Origin: an uncultured Candidatus Saccharibacteria bacterium
GTDB lineage: Bacteria > Patescibacteriota > Minisyncoccia > Phycocordibacterales > UBA2100
Length of the DNA: 64,000 nucleotides
Reading direction: 5' to 3'
Assembly: GCA_964594735.1 (NCBI GenBank)
Contig: CAZQMS010000002.1
Span: forward strand, 50,023 to 114,022
The notes below the pieces were generated by a model that was not told where the DNA came from, searched no databases, and was given only the letters and a program-made list of their open reading frames with translations. Below are positions 56,732 through 64,000 of the stretch, one piece after another. Position 1 is the stretch's first letter. Every line of letters starts with the position of its first letter. Made by a program: the position numbers and the translations under genes.

Positions 56732-57313
56732 ATGGCAGTATCTGACGATTTGAAAACTTTGCGCGATGAAACGGGTGTTTCTATCATGCAATGCAAGAAG
56801 GCTCTTGAGGAAGCCGGAGGCGACATCGAGAAAGCAAAAGTAATTCTGCGCAAGGCATCGGCCGCTATCGCCACGAAAAAGGCTGACAGGGAACTCGGTG
56901 CGGGTGTCGCATCTGCGTACGTGCACGCCGGAGGCGCTGTCGTGGGGGCTATCGTGCTCGCATGTGAGACAGATTTCGTGTCGAAGAACGAGGAATTTGG
57001 CAAGCTCGCGCGCGACATCGCGATGCATATCGCAGCGATGAAGCCGCAGTTCAAGACGCGCGAGGATGTAAAGGAAAGTGATATCCGTGCCGCGAAGGAA
57101 GTCTTTGCGGAGGAAGCCGCCAATGTGCCGGAGGCTAAGCGCGAGATGGTCGTCCAGGGCAAGCTCGACGCATACCTCAAGGAACGCGTGCTCTTGGAGC
57201 AGCCATTCGTAAAAAACGGAGACGTCACCATAAAAGAACTCATCGATTCGCACGTGCAGAAGTTTGGAGAGAAAATCGAGGTCGTTAGGTTTGAGCGTTT
57301 GTCCGTCAAATAA
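56732..57313 (+). CDS. tsf: Elongation factor Ts (short, 193-aa form)
   Basis: LRDETGVSIMQCKKALEEAGGDIEKA (UBA-like N-terminus) followed by the dimerization core. Confidence 0.9.
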   Translation: MAVSDDLKTLRDETGVSIMQCKKALEEAGGDIEKAKVILRKASAAIATKKADRELGAGVASAYVHAGGAVVGAIVLACETDFVSKNEEFGKLARDIAMHIAAMKPQFKTREDVKESDIRAAKEVFAEEAANVPEAKREMVVQGKLDAYLKERVLLEQPFVKNGDVTIKELIDSHVQKFGEKIEVVRFERLSVK

Positions 57314-57315
57314 TC

Positions 57316-57726
57316 ATGATGGTCGCCGCATCATTTTTCCTCGCATCTCTCACTGGTCTTGCACTTCTCTTTACGCTGAAAGCACTCGAGGTGAGGCGTG
57401 GGCGCACCTTTTTGCCGACTATACATCGGTACGCCGACGAATTCGCGCTCGCGCTCAAGGCAATGATGTTCCGGACGGGCATCATGCTCTCGCGCATTCC
57501 GCCCATGCTTGTGCTGATTACGCGATACGCGCTGCATGAGCTTGCGCTCGGCGCTGCGAAGCTCGCGCGTGTGGCCGAGGCGCAGTCGCACAGAATAGCC
57601 GACCTTGTATCCCACAAGCGTTCTTTTGAGAAGCGGGCGGACAGGCCGCAGGGCCCGCGTTCGACCTTCCTTAAACAAGTGGGGGATGTAAAGAACGGCG
57701 GGCACGACGAACGCGAAGAAGTGTAG
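57316..57726 (+). CDS. Hypothetical membrane protein
   Basis: 136 aa with two predicted TM helices. 3 bp after tsf. Confidence 0.4.
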   Translation: MMVAASFFLASLTGLALLFTLKALEVRRGRTFLPTIHRYADEFALALKAMMFRTGIMLSRIPPMLVLITRYALHELALGAAKLARVAEAQSHRIADLVSHKRSFEKRADRPQGPRSTFLKQVGDVKNGGHDEREEV

Positions 57727-57741
57727 TATTCTTTTTTCGCT

Positions 57742-57814
57742 GCCGCTTTAGCTCAGTTGGTAGAGCAACGCTTTTGTAAAGCGAAGGTCCCCGGTTCGAG
57801 TCCGGGAAGCGGCT
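57742..57814 (+). tRNA. tRNA-Thr (anticodon UGU)
   Basis: Manual cloverleaf: acceptor GCCGCTT/AAGCGGC, D-arm GCTC-AGTTGGTA-GAGC, anticodon stem with loop TTTGTAA (anticodon TGT), T-arm CCCGG-TTCGAGT-CCGGG. No encoded CCA. Confidence 0.85.
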
Positions 57815-57826
57815 CAAATTTCCACC

Positions 57827-59386
57827 ATGCCGAACAATGAACACACAGACGCGTATTGGTACCTGCACGTCGGACGCGCGAGCGATTTAGTCGGCCGTGA
57901 CCGGATACTGTACCGATTTTTTGAGATGCTACCCGGCATCCTCTCTCTTTCCACGCTCGGTCTTTTCATCCTGCTGTCGTTTGTAAAACCGGTGTGGGCA
58001 GCGTACCTCACCATCGTCTTCGCGGCGTACTGGCTCTTCAAGACCATGTACCTCTCTGTGCATTTGCGACACGATTTCAAGAGGATACGGCACCATCTCT
58101 CGATCAATTGGCGCGAGCGTCTCGACAACCTCAAATATTCGCATGTCGTGCACCTCGTCATCTTCCCCTTTTACGATGAACCGTACGAGGTAGTGGTAGA
58201 CAGCATCCAGGCGCTCCTCAAGGCATCGTGGGACCCCAAGCGCATCGCCGTCGTGCTTGCGGCTGAGGAACGGGCGGGTGAAAAGGCGAGAGAGATAGCT
58301 GAGCGCGTAGAAGCAGAATTCAAAAATACATTTCTCTCGATTATTCACACGATTCACCCCGAAGGTCTCCCCGGCGACATTCCCGGCAAGGGGTCAAATA
58401 TTTCGTACGCCGCCGAAGAGGCGAGAAAGCGCGTGCTCGATGCGCATGGCATTCAATACGGCGATGTGCTCGTCTCCGCATTCGACATCGACACGGTTGT
58501 CTATCCGCAATACTTTGCGTGCCTGACGTGGTACTACCTCACTGCGGAGAGGCCTGAGCGCGCCTCGTTCCAGCCCGTACCGCTCTACAACAACAACATC
58601 TGGGATGCGCCGGTGCTTGCGCGCGTCATGGCATACTCGAGCTCGTTTTGGCAAATGATTCAGCAGGAGCGGCCGGAGAAACTTGCGACGTTCTCATCGC
58701 ACGCAGTGCCATTTCAGGCGCTGCGTGAAGCAGGGTATTGGCAGCGCAACGTCGTCTCTGAGGATTCGCGCATATTCTGGAATCTTTTCGTGCGGTACGA
58801 CGGCGACTACCGCGTCGTGCCGATGGCGTACCCCGTATCCATGGACGCCAATGTGGCACCGACCTTTTTCGGCACGGTAAAAAATGTCTACAAGCAGCAC
58901 CGCAGGTGGACGTACGGCGCAGAAAATATCGCGTACATCCTTTTTGCATTTATAAAGAATCCCCGCATCCCGCTCGGCAAAAAGATTCGCGCCGCATTCG
59001 TGCAAATCGAGGGATTCTGGTCGCTCACGACGCATCCGCTCATTCTTTTCTTCGTAGGGTGGCTGCCGCTCTTTATCGGTGGGCGCGCGTTCAACGCGAC
59101 GGTGCTCTCCTACAACCTCCCCTTCGTCGCGCGTATCTTTCTCATGCTCGCCATGTTCGGGCTCATAGTTTCGGCGGCACTCTGCATGTACCTGCTTCCC
59201 GAGAGGCCAGCACACCACGGACGCGTAAAGCATGCGATGATGGTGCTTCAGTGGGTGCTCGTGCCCTTTACCATGGTGGCCTTCAGTTCTATTCCGGGGC
59301 TCGATTCGCAAATGCGCCTCTTGTTCGGTCGATACCTCACATTTTGGGTCACGCCTAAGGGCAGATTGTCTTCACCGAAACAGTAG
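57827..59386 (+). CDS. Processive family-2 glycosyltransferase, integral membrane (cellulose-synthase-like, Q(Q/R)xRW motif)
   Basis: N-terminal TM helices, then a GT2 core (FPFYDEPYEVV..., DIDTVVYPQYF) and KQHRRW. C-terminal TM helices. Confidence 0.8.
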   Translation: MPNNEHTDAYWYLHVGRASDLVGRDRILYRFFEMLPGILSLSTLGLFILLSFVKPVWAAYLTIVFAAYWLFKTMYLSVHLRHDFKRIRHHLSINWRERLDNLKYSHVVHLVIFPFYDEPYEVVVDSIQALLKASWDPKRIAVVLAAEERAGEKAREIAERVEAEFKNTFLSIIHTIHPEGLPGDIPGKGSNISYAAEEARKRVLDAHGIQYGDVLVSAFDIDTVVYPQYFACLTWYYLTAERPERASFQPVPLYNNNIWDAPVLARVMAYSSSFWQMIQQERPEKLATFSSHAVPFQALREAGYWQRNVVSEDSRIFWNLFVRYDGDYRVVPMAYPVSMDANVAPTFFGTVKNVYKQHRRWTYGAENIAYILFAFIKNPRIPLGKKIRAAFVQIEGFWSLTTHPLILFFVGWLPLFIGGRAFNATVLSYNLPFVARIFLMLAMFGLIVSAALCMYLLPERPAHHGRVKHAMMVLQWVLVPFTMVAFSSIPGLDSQMRLLFGRYLTFWVTPKGRLSSPKQ

Positions 59387-60213
59387 TGTCTATGCAACCG
59401 CTCTCGAAACTGGCACGTAGAATGTATTTCGCGGTTTTCTTCGCGCTCTTTCTCGTATGCATCCCCGTCGCAATATTTTTTGCGAGCGGGTATCGATTGA
59501 GCAGCGAATTTGGCTTCGTGCGCACAGGCGGTGTCTATCTGTCTGTCCCGTACAACGATGCTGAGGTCTATGTGAATGGCGAGTCGGTCGGCAGGAGTGG
59601 ACTTCTGAATAGAGGGTTTTACATCGACAGCCTCGCGCCGGATGCGTATGAGATTCGTGTAGAGCGCGAAGACTCGCTCCCATGGTATCGCACGCTCATC
59701 GTCGAGCCGGAGGTGGTGACGGATGCACGCGCTCTGCTTATTCCTGAGGCGCTCGACATATACCCGCTTACATTTGCCAACACCACATCGACCTCGACGC
59801 GCTCTATCTCGCGCGAGCAGTACGACCTGTACCTCGACACTTTTGACACAGAGCTTGCGTCGACGACTGTGGGCAGAGATGGCGAGACACTCTTTGTAGA
59901 AGGTGGAGATGTGTTTGTTCGACTTCTCGATGAGTCGACAATCCCCTCGAGCAGATTCTGCGCGAGACCCTCATTTTGTACGAGAGAGATTGCTATCGAA
60001 GAGACTCGGCAGAAGGCGACGGGGGCATTTTATATAGGCGACAATGTGGTCTACGTCACGACTGAGGGCGGTGTCTTTTTTGCCGAGCCTGATGTGCGGC
60101 CGACATCGGTCACAGCTGCTGTATACGCGCGCCGCGGCTCCGACGCCCGCCTTATTGACGGACGGCTCATCGTGAAAGACGAGGATGAACTCTACGAGGT
60201 TGAGGGTCTGTAG
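59386..60213 (+). CDS. Membrane-anchored PEGA-like domain protein (hypothetical)
   Basis: N-terminal TM. DAEVYVNGESVGRSG...YEIRVEREDSLPWYRTLIVEPE resembles a PEGA domain. ATGA overlap with the GT2 gene. Confidence 0.45.
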   Translation: MSMQPLSKLARRMYFAVFFALFLVCIPVAIFFASGYRLSSEFGFVRTGGVYLSVPYNDAEVYVNGESVGRSGLLNRGFYIDSLAPDAYEIRVEREDSLPWYRTLIVEPEVVTDARALLIPEALDIYPLTFANTTSTSTRSISREQYDLYLDTFDTELASTTVGRDGETLFVEGGDVFVRLLDESTIPSSRFCARPSFCTREIAIEETRQKATGAFYIGDNVVYVTTEGGVFFAEPDVRPTSVTAAVYARRGSDARLIDGRLIVKDEDELYEVEGL

Positions 60214-60255
60214 GCGTACGTGCTCGCCTGAAGCGCACGGGGTATACTAACGCCC

Positions 60256-60987
60256 ATGCAAGAGGGGCACCTACACCCAATTTCGCACCTCATCCGGGAG
60301 GCGAATCGGATTTTCTACAAAATGGGCTTTACCCTCGCGTCCGGGCCGCTCCTCGAGAGCGAGTGGTACAACTTCGACGCGCTCAACGTGCCCAAAGACC
60401 ACCCGGCGCGCGACATGCAGGACACTTTCTTCCTCAAGGACGAGCCGGGGTATGTCTTGCGCACGCACACGTCGCCGGTGCAAGTGCGGTACATGGAGGC
60501 GCAATTGAAAAAGGGAATACAGCCGCCGTACCGAGTGATAGTGCCGGGCAAGGTATTCCGCAATGAGGCGACCGACATGACGCACGAAGCTGAATTTTTC
60601 CAGATAGAGGGGCTCGCGGTCGGAGAGGACATCACGCTCGCACACCTCAAAGGTACGCTCGAAAAGTTTTTCAAGGAACTTTTCAAGGGCGCCAATGTCG
60701 AGGTACGATTCCGACCGAGCTTCTTTCCTTTCGTCGAGCCGGGTGTCGAGGTGGACATGCGCCTCGTCGGAAGCGATGTGCCGGAGAAGCTTCGCGACCG
60801 CTGGATAGAGATGATGGGAGCGGGCATGGTGCACCCCTCTGTGCTGCGCAACGCAGGCGTCGACTCCGTGAGGTACCGCGGCTTCGCTTTCGGCATGGGG
60901 CTCGACCGACTCGCGATGCTCCGCTGGGGTATCGACGACGTCCGCCACATGCACTCGGCAGATTTGCGGTTTATCAATCAATTCTAA
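60256..60987 (+). CDS. pheS: Phenylalanine--tRNA ligase alpha subunit (minimal catalytic-core form)
   Basis: HPARDMQDTFF motif 2 region, FRPSFFPFVEPGVEVD, and GAGMVHPSVL motif 3. Confidence 0.9.
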   Translation: MQEGHLHPISHLIREANRIFYKMGFTLASGPLLESEWYNFDALNVPKDHPARDMQDTFFLKDEPGYVLRTHTSPVQVRYMEAQLKKGIQPPYRVIVPGKVFRNEATDMTHEAEFFQIEGLAVGEDITLAHLKGTLEKFFKELFKGANVEVRFRPSFFPFVEPGVEVDMRLVGSDVPEKLRDRWIEMMGAGMVHPSVLRNAGVDSVRYRGFAFGMGLDRLAMLRWGIDDVRHMHSADLRFINQF

Positions 60988-60991
60988 ACGT

Positions 60992-61456
60992 ATGGACCCT
61001 GCAGACGTATTCAAGAATATTGTTACGAGCGTGCAGTACGCGTCGGTCGCCACGGTTTCGAAAGATGGCGTACCATGGAACTCACCTGTCTTCATAGCGT
61101 TTGACGACAAGTACAATTTTTACTGGGCATCTTGGCGCAACAACCAGCATTCAAAAAACATTGCAGAAAATCCCGTCGTTTTTCTCGTCGTGTACGATTC
61201 GAGCGTCTCTGAGGGAGATGGAAGAGGTGCGTACATCTTGGCTGAGGCGCACGAGCTTTCTGAGGCCGCAGAAATCGAAGAGGCAATGAAGTATCATTAC
61301 GGCCGGAAGAAAAAGGCCGCGCGTAAGGCAGAAGAATTTATGGGCGAATTTCCGCGCCGCATGTACAAAGCCGAGCCGAAACAGCTGTGGATCAATCATG
61401 ACGGAACAATAGATGGAAATTTTGTCGACCTTCGCACAGAAATCCCGCTACCGTAA
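60992..61456 (+). CDS. Pyridoxamine 5'-phosphate oxidase-like FMN-binding split-barrel protein
   Basis: YASVATVSKDGVPWNSPVFIAFDD...FYWASWRNNQHSKNIAENPVVFLVVYD matches the PNPOx-like fold pattern. Confidence 0.55.
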   Translation: MDPADVFKNIVTSVQYASVATVSKDGVPWNSPVFIAFDDKYNFYWASWRNNQHSKNIAENPVVFLVVYDSSVSEGDGRGAYILAEAHELSEAAEIEEAMKYHYGRKKKAARKAEEFMGEFPRRMYKAEPKQLWINHDGTIDGNFVDLRTEIPLP

Positions 61457-61458
61457 GT

Positions 61459-61824
61459 ATGAAAATCTTTTTTGCACATTACCGACATGCTGACTACGAA
61501 AAGGACCTGTACGAACCGCTCCGCGCGAGTGTCTTGAGCACTGAGCACGAGATAATTCTTCCCCATGAGCACGGCAGCGTGATTAAAACAAAGGATGTTA
61601 TCCGCAGCGCTGACGTGGTTTTTGCGGAAGTGTCGTATTCTGCAACAGGCGTCGGCATTGAGCTCGGTTGGGCGGATGCGTTTGGCAAGCCAATTGTTTG
61701 TTTATATAAAAAGGGCACGAAACCGTCCGGTTCGCTTCAGTTTCTCACAAGCGAAATACTCGAGTACGAGAACGGTGACGATTTGGTAGGCAAAGTTGCT
61801 TTGGCGATTGCACGACATCTATGA
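61459..61824 (+). CDS. Nucleoside 2-deoxyribosyltransferase-like (YtoQ-like) protein, hypothetical
   Basis: 121 aa, alpha/beta with ...ADVVFAEVSYSATGVGIELGWADAFGKPIVCLY, typical of the NDT-like family. Confidence 0.4.
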   Translation: MKIFFAHYRHADYEKDLYEPLRASVLSTEHEIILPHEHGSVIKTKDVIRSADVVFAEVSYSATGVGIELGWADAFGKPIVCLYKKGTKPSGSLQFLTSEILEYENGDDLVGKVALAIARHL

Positions 61825-63674
61825 AGGTCTCACGTGATTGGCTCCAGACATTTTTCGATGCGCCGCTGTCGGATGCGCAGAAGCTCGGTGATGCACTCAC
61901 GTTCCATGCATTTGAGATAGAGAGTATATCGAGTCCGCCGGCTGGCGGAGATATTCTCGACGTGAAGGTGACGCCAAACCGCGGACATGATTGCCTATCG
62001 CATCGCGGTATTGCCAAAGAGCTCTCGGCGATTCTCCAGATTCCGATGAAAGCCGACCCGCTTCGTCGCGCACCGACACTCGAACCGAAGACAGAGACGG
62101 TGCGTGTCGCTGTTGAAGTTCCAGCACTCTGCTCACGCTTCACTGCAGCGCACATTCGCGGCGTGAAAGTCGGCCCGTCGCCCCTCGCTATTCAAAAAGC
62201 GCTTGAGAGTATCGGTCAGCGCCCGATAAACAACGTGGTCGACATCACGAATTACGTGATGTTCCATCTCGGCCAGCCGCTTCACGCGTTTGATATGGCC
62301 AAGTTGCGCGAAAAAGACGGTGTGCGTTCTCTTGTGGTGCGCAAGGCAAAAAATGACGAGACGCTTGTCGGGCTCGACGAGAAGAAGTACGAACTTACCG
62401 ACAACATGCTCGCAATAGAGGACGCCTTTGCCGGCGCAGCAGTCAGTATTGCGGGCGTAAAAGGTGGACTTCCTACGGGTATCGACGAGGACACGAGCGA
62501 AGTTCTGCTCGAAGCGGCCAATTGGGACGGTGCAACCATCCGGAAGACGTCGCAGGCGCTGAAGCTCCGCACCGACGCTTCCGCGAGGTTTGAGCAGGTC
62601 ATATCGCCCGAGCTTGCAGCGTATGGTCTGAAGGCTGCCGTCGATATGGTGCTCGAGCTTTCCGGTGGGGAGCTCGTGGGATATGTCGATGAGTACCCGA
62701 CGCGGGCGCAAAAGCAGACGGCAAGTGTATCCGTTCTTCACATCAACAAAGTTCTCGGCACCTCATTTTCCGGCCAACATGTCGCCGAGATTCTCACACG
62801 TCTCGACCTTGCCCATACCCAGTCGGGAGATGAGTTCGAAGTTCACGTGCCCGTCGAACGGCTTGATTTGGGACTACCAGAAGATCTTATCGAAGAAGTC
62901 GCGCGCATCGCGGGCTACGAGCACGTGCCTTCTGTCGAGCTTCCGAATGCAGCGGAAGACCCCGAGGTAAATCTCGAGTACGCACGCAGCGAGCGCATCC
63001 GTGAATTCCTTGCCAAAGAAGGCTTCAGCGAAGTCTTTACATCCGTATTTACGACCAAGGGCGACCGCGTCGTGCTCAACAAAGTCGACGGCGTGAAGCC
63101 GCACTTGCGCCGGAATCTCACGGAATCGCTGCAAGAAGCGCTCGAAAGAAATGTGCGCAACAAAGATCTGCTCGGCATCAGCCAAGTGAAGCTGTTTGAA
63201 ATAGGGACGGTGTGGAAGGGTGGCAATGAAGAAATTACTGTCGAGCTTGCTGTAGAAAGGGTCAAAAAGATGAAGACTGCCGATGACTACAAAAAGATGC
63301 TCGATGCGTACCTGGCCGAGCATGGTGATATCACAACGTACCCAGACGTACCATTCACAAAAGTGGAGCGATACCAACCGTATTCAAAATACCCGTTCAT
63401 CGTCCGCGACATTGCGCTTTGGGTACCCTTCGACTCCGCTCAGGGCAAGCCCGAGGTTACAAGTGAAGATGTGCTGGCAGTTATTCGCGGTGCGGCGGGG
63501 GAGCTCCTGGTGCGCAGCTCTCTCTTTGATGAGTTTAAAAAGGACGGCCGCGTTTCGTACGCATTCCGACTCGTATTCCAATCTTTCGATAGGACCCTTA
63601 CCGATGGAGACGCAAACGAGCGCATGGAAAGTGTGAATGAGGCACTGAAGGCGAGGGGGTACGAGATTCGATAA
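61821..63674 (+). CDS. pheT: Phenylalanine--tRNA ligase beta subunit (short form lacking the N-terminal tRNA-binding domain)
   Basis: B3/4 domain (GIAKELSAIL...), B5 domain, and C-terminal FDX-ACB-like region. 617 aa. 4-bp overlap with the upstream gene. Confidence 0.9.
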   Translation: MKVSRDWLQTFFDAPLSDAQKLGDALTFHAFEIESISSPPAGGDILDVKVTPNRGHDCLSHRGIAKELSAILQIPMKADPLRRAPTLEPKTETVRVAVEVPALCSRFTAAHIRGVKVGPSPLAIQKALESIGQRPINNVVDITNYVMFHLGQPLHAFDMAKLREKDGVRSLVVRKAKNDETLVGLDEKKYELTDNMLAIEDAFAGAAVSIAGVKGGLPTGIDEDTSEVLLEAANWDGATIRKTSQALKLRTDASARFEQVISPELAAYGLKAAVDMVLELSGGELVGYVDEYPTRAQKQTASVSVLHINKVLGTSFSGQHVAEILTRLDLAHTQSGDEFEVHVPVERLDLGLPEDLIEEVARIAGYEHVPSVELPNAAEDPEVNLEYARSERIREFLAKEGFSEVFTSVFTTKGDRVVLNKVDGVKPHLRRNLTESLQEALERNVRNKDLLGISQVKLFEIGTVWKGGNEEITVELAVERVKKMKTADDYKKMLDAYLAEHGDITTYPDVPFTKVERYQPYSKYPFIVRDIALWVPFDSAQGKPEVTSEDVLAVIRGAAGELLVRSSLFDEFKKDGRVSYAFRLVFQSFDRTLTDGDANERMESVNEALKARGYEIR

Positions 63675-63678
63675 AAAA

Positions 63679-63706
63679 ATCGCCGGGATTTCGCCCGGCG
63701 ATTCAG
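63679..63706. terminator. GC-rich hairpin (ATCGCCGGG-ATTTCG-CCCGGCGAT) downstream of pheT. Possible bidirectional terminator.
   Basis: Perfect 9-bp stem immediately after the pheT stop, with an A-tract upstream. Confidence 0.45.
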
Positions 63707-64000
63707 CTCGACCGTTTGGCTTCAGCGTCGGGCAAATCCGCCCTGAGTTTGCCCTCCTGCTGGTGTGCGTATCTGCGACGCCGCCTCGAGTGCTCCTGGT
63801 GGACACTTGCGGACGAACCGTGTCGCCTTTACGAACCGCATCGTGCGCGTCAGTTTGCCCAAGTAGGCTCGCACCTGCGGCGGGTACAAATCCCAGAGAG
63901 CCCGCGTCCCTATGGGGCTTGGAGCAGGTCGCCCGTTTAGGTCTGGTTGCCATGCGGCGTGGAATCCGAGCACAGCCTGTGTTGTTGCACAGACCTGGGA

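Noticed and set aside
63384-63973. Minus-strand ORFs of 189 aa and 83 aa at the window end
   Set aside because: One runs antisense through the pheT C-terminus and neither has recognisable features. The region is more likely non-coding and structured.

Overview
High-GC (~60%) bacterial chromosomal segment whose features fit a streamlined, possibly CPR/Parcubacteria-like lineage. Supporting signs are a split transketolase, a class I aldolase, minimal PheS/PheT, a short EF-Ts, two '23S rRNA IVS' four-helix-bundle genes, and a type IV pilin. Three blocks are visible. (1) 1-10.4 kb is a cell-envelope glycosylation cluster: a Gfo/Idh/MocA-like oxidoreductase, a GT2 polyprenyl-phosphate sugar synthase, a nucleotidyltransferase, GtrA, a PMT/GT39-like membrane glycosyltransferase, a second GT2, a SAM methyltransferase, and an O-antigen-ligase/TPR protein. 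secA and gatB follow it. (2) 15.7-42.5 kb is a co-directional, translationally coupled array dominated by three giant paralogous Thr/Gly-rich fibre proteins of 2398, 2444 and 1406 aa. They carry dozens of 'GNVGIGTTTP' repeats and a predicted cytoplasmic excisionase-like HTH_17-type N-terminus followed by one TM helix. Two of them end in a phage tail-fibre Peptidase-S74 intramolecular-chaperone autoproteolysis domain, then a DUF5011 Ig-like domain and an acidic tail. The array also holds a tandem-HTH membrane protein, an LVIVD-propeller/LamG lectin-like giant (1378 aa), a co-encoded type I signal peptidase, a DUF5011 membrane protein and a four-helix-bundle protein. This looks like an undescribed phage-tail-fibre-like surface-fibre system. 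(3) 42.5-64 kb is housekeeping: gap, rpiB, pilin, rpe, split tkt with a four-helix-bundle gene inserted between the halves, a SleB-like hydrolase, pfkB, glpX, fba, rplY, a coiled-coil lysozyme-like protein, rpmE, prfA, rpsB, tsf, tRNA-Thr(UGU), a processive GT2, pheS and pheT. Long antisense ORFs in this GC-rich DNA are treated as spurious. The ORF track omits a partial minus-strand gene at 1-1472, which I translated by hand.
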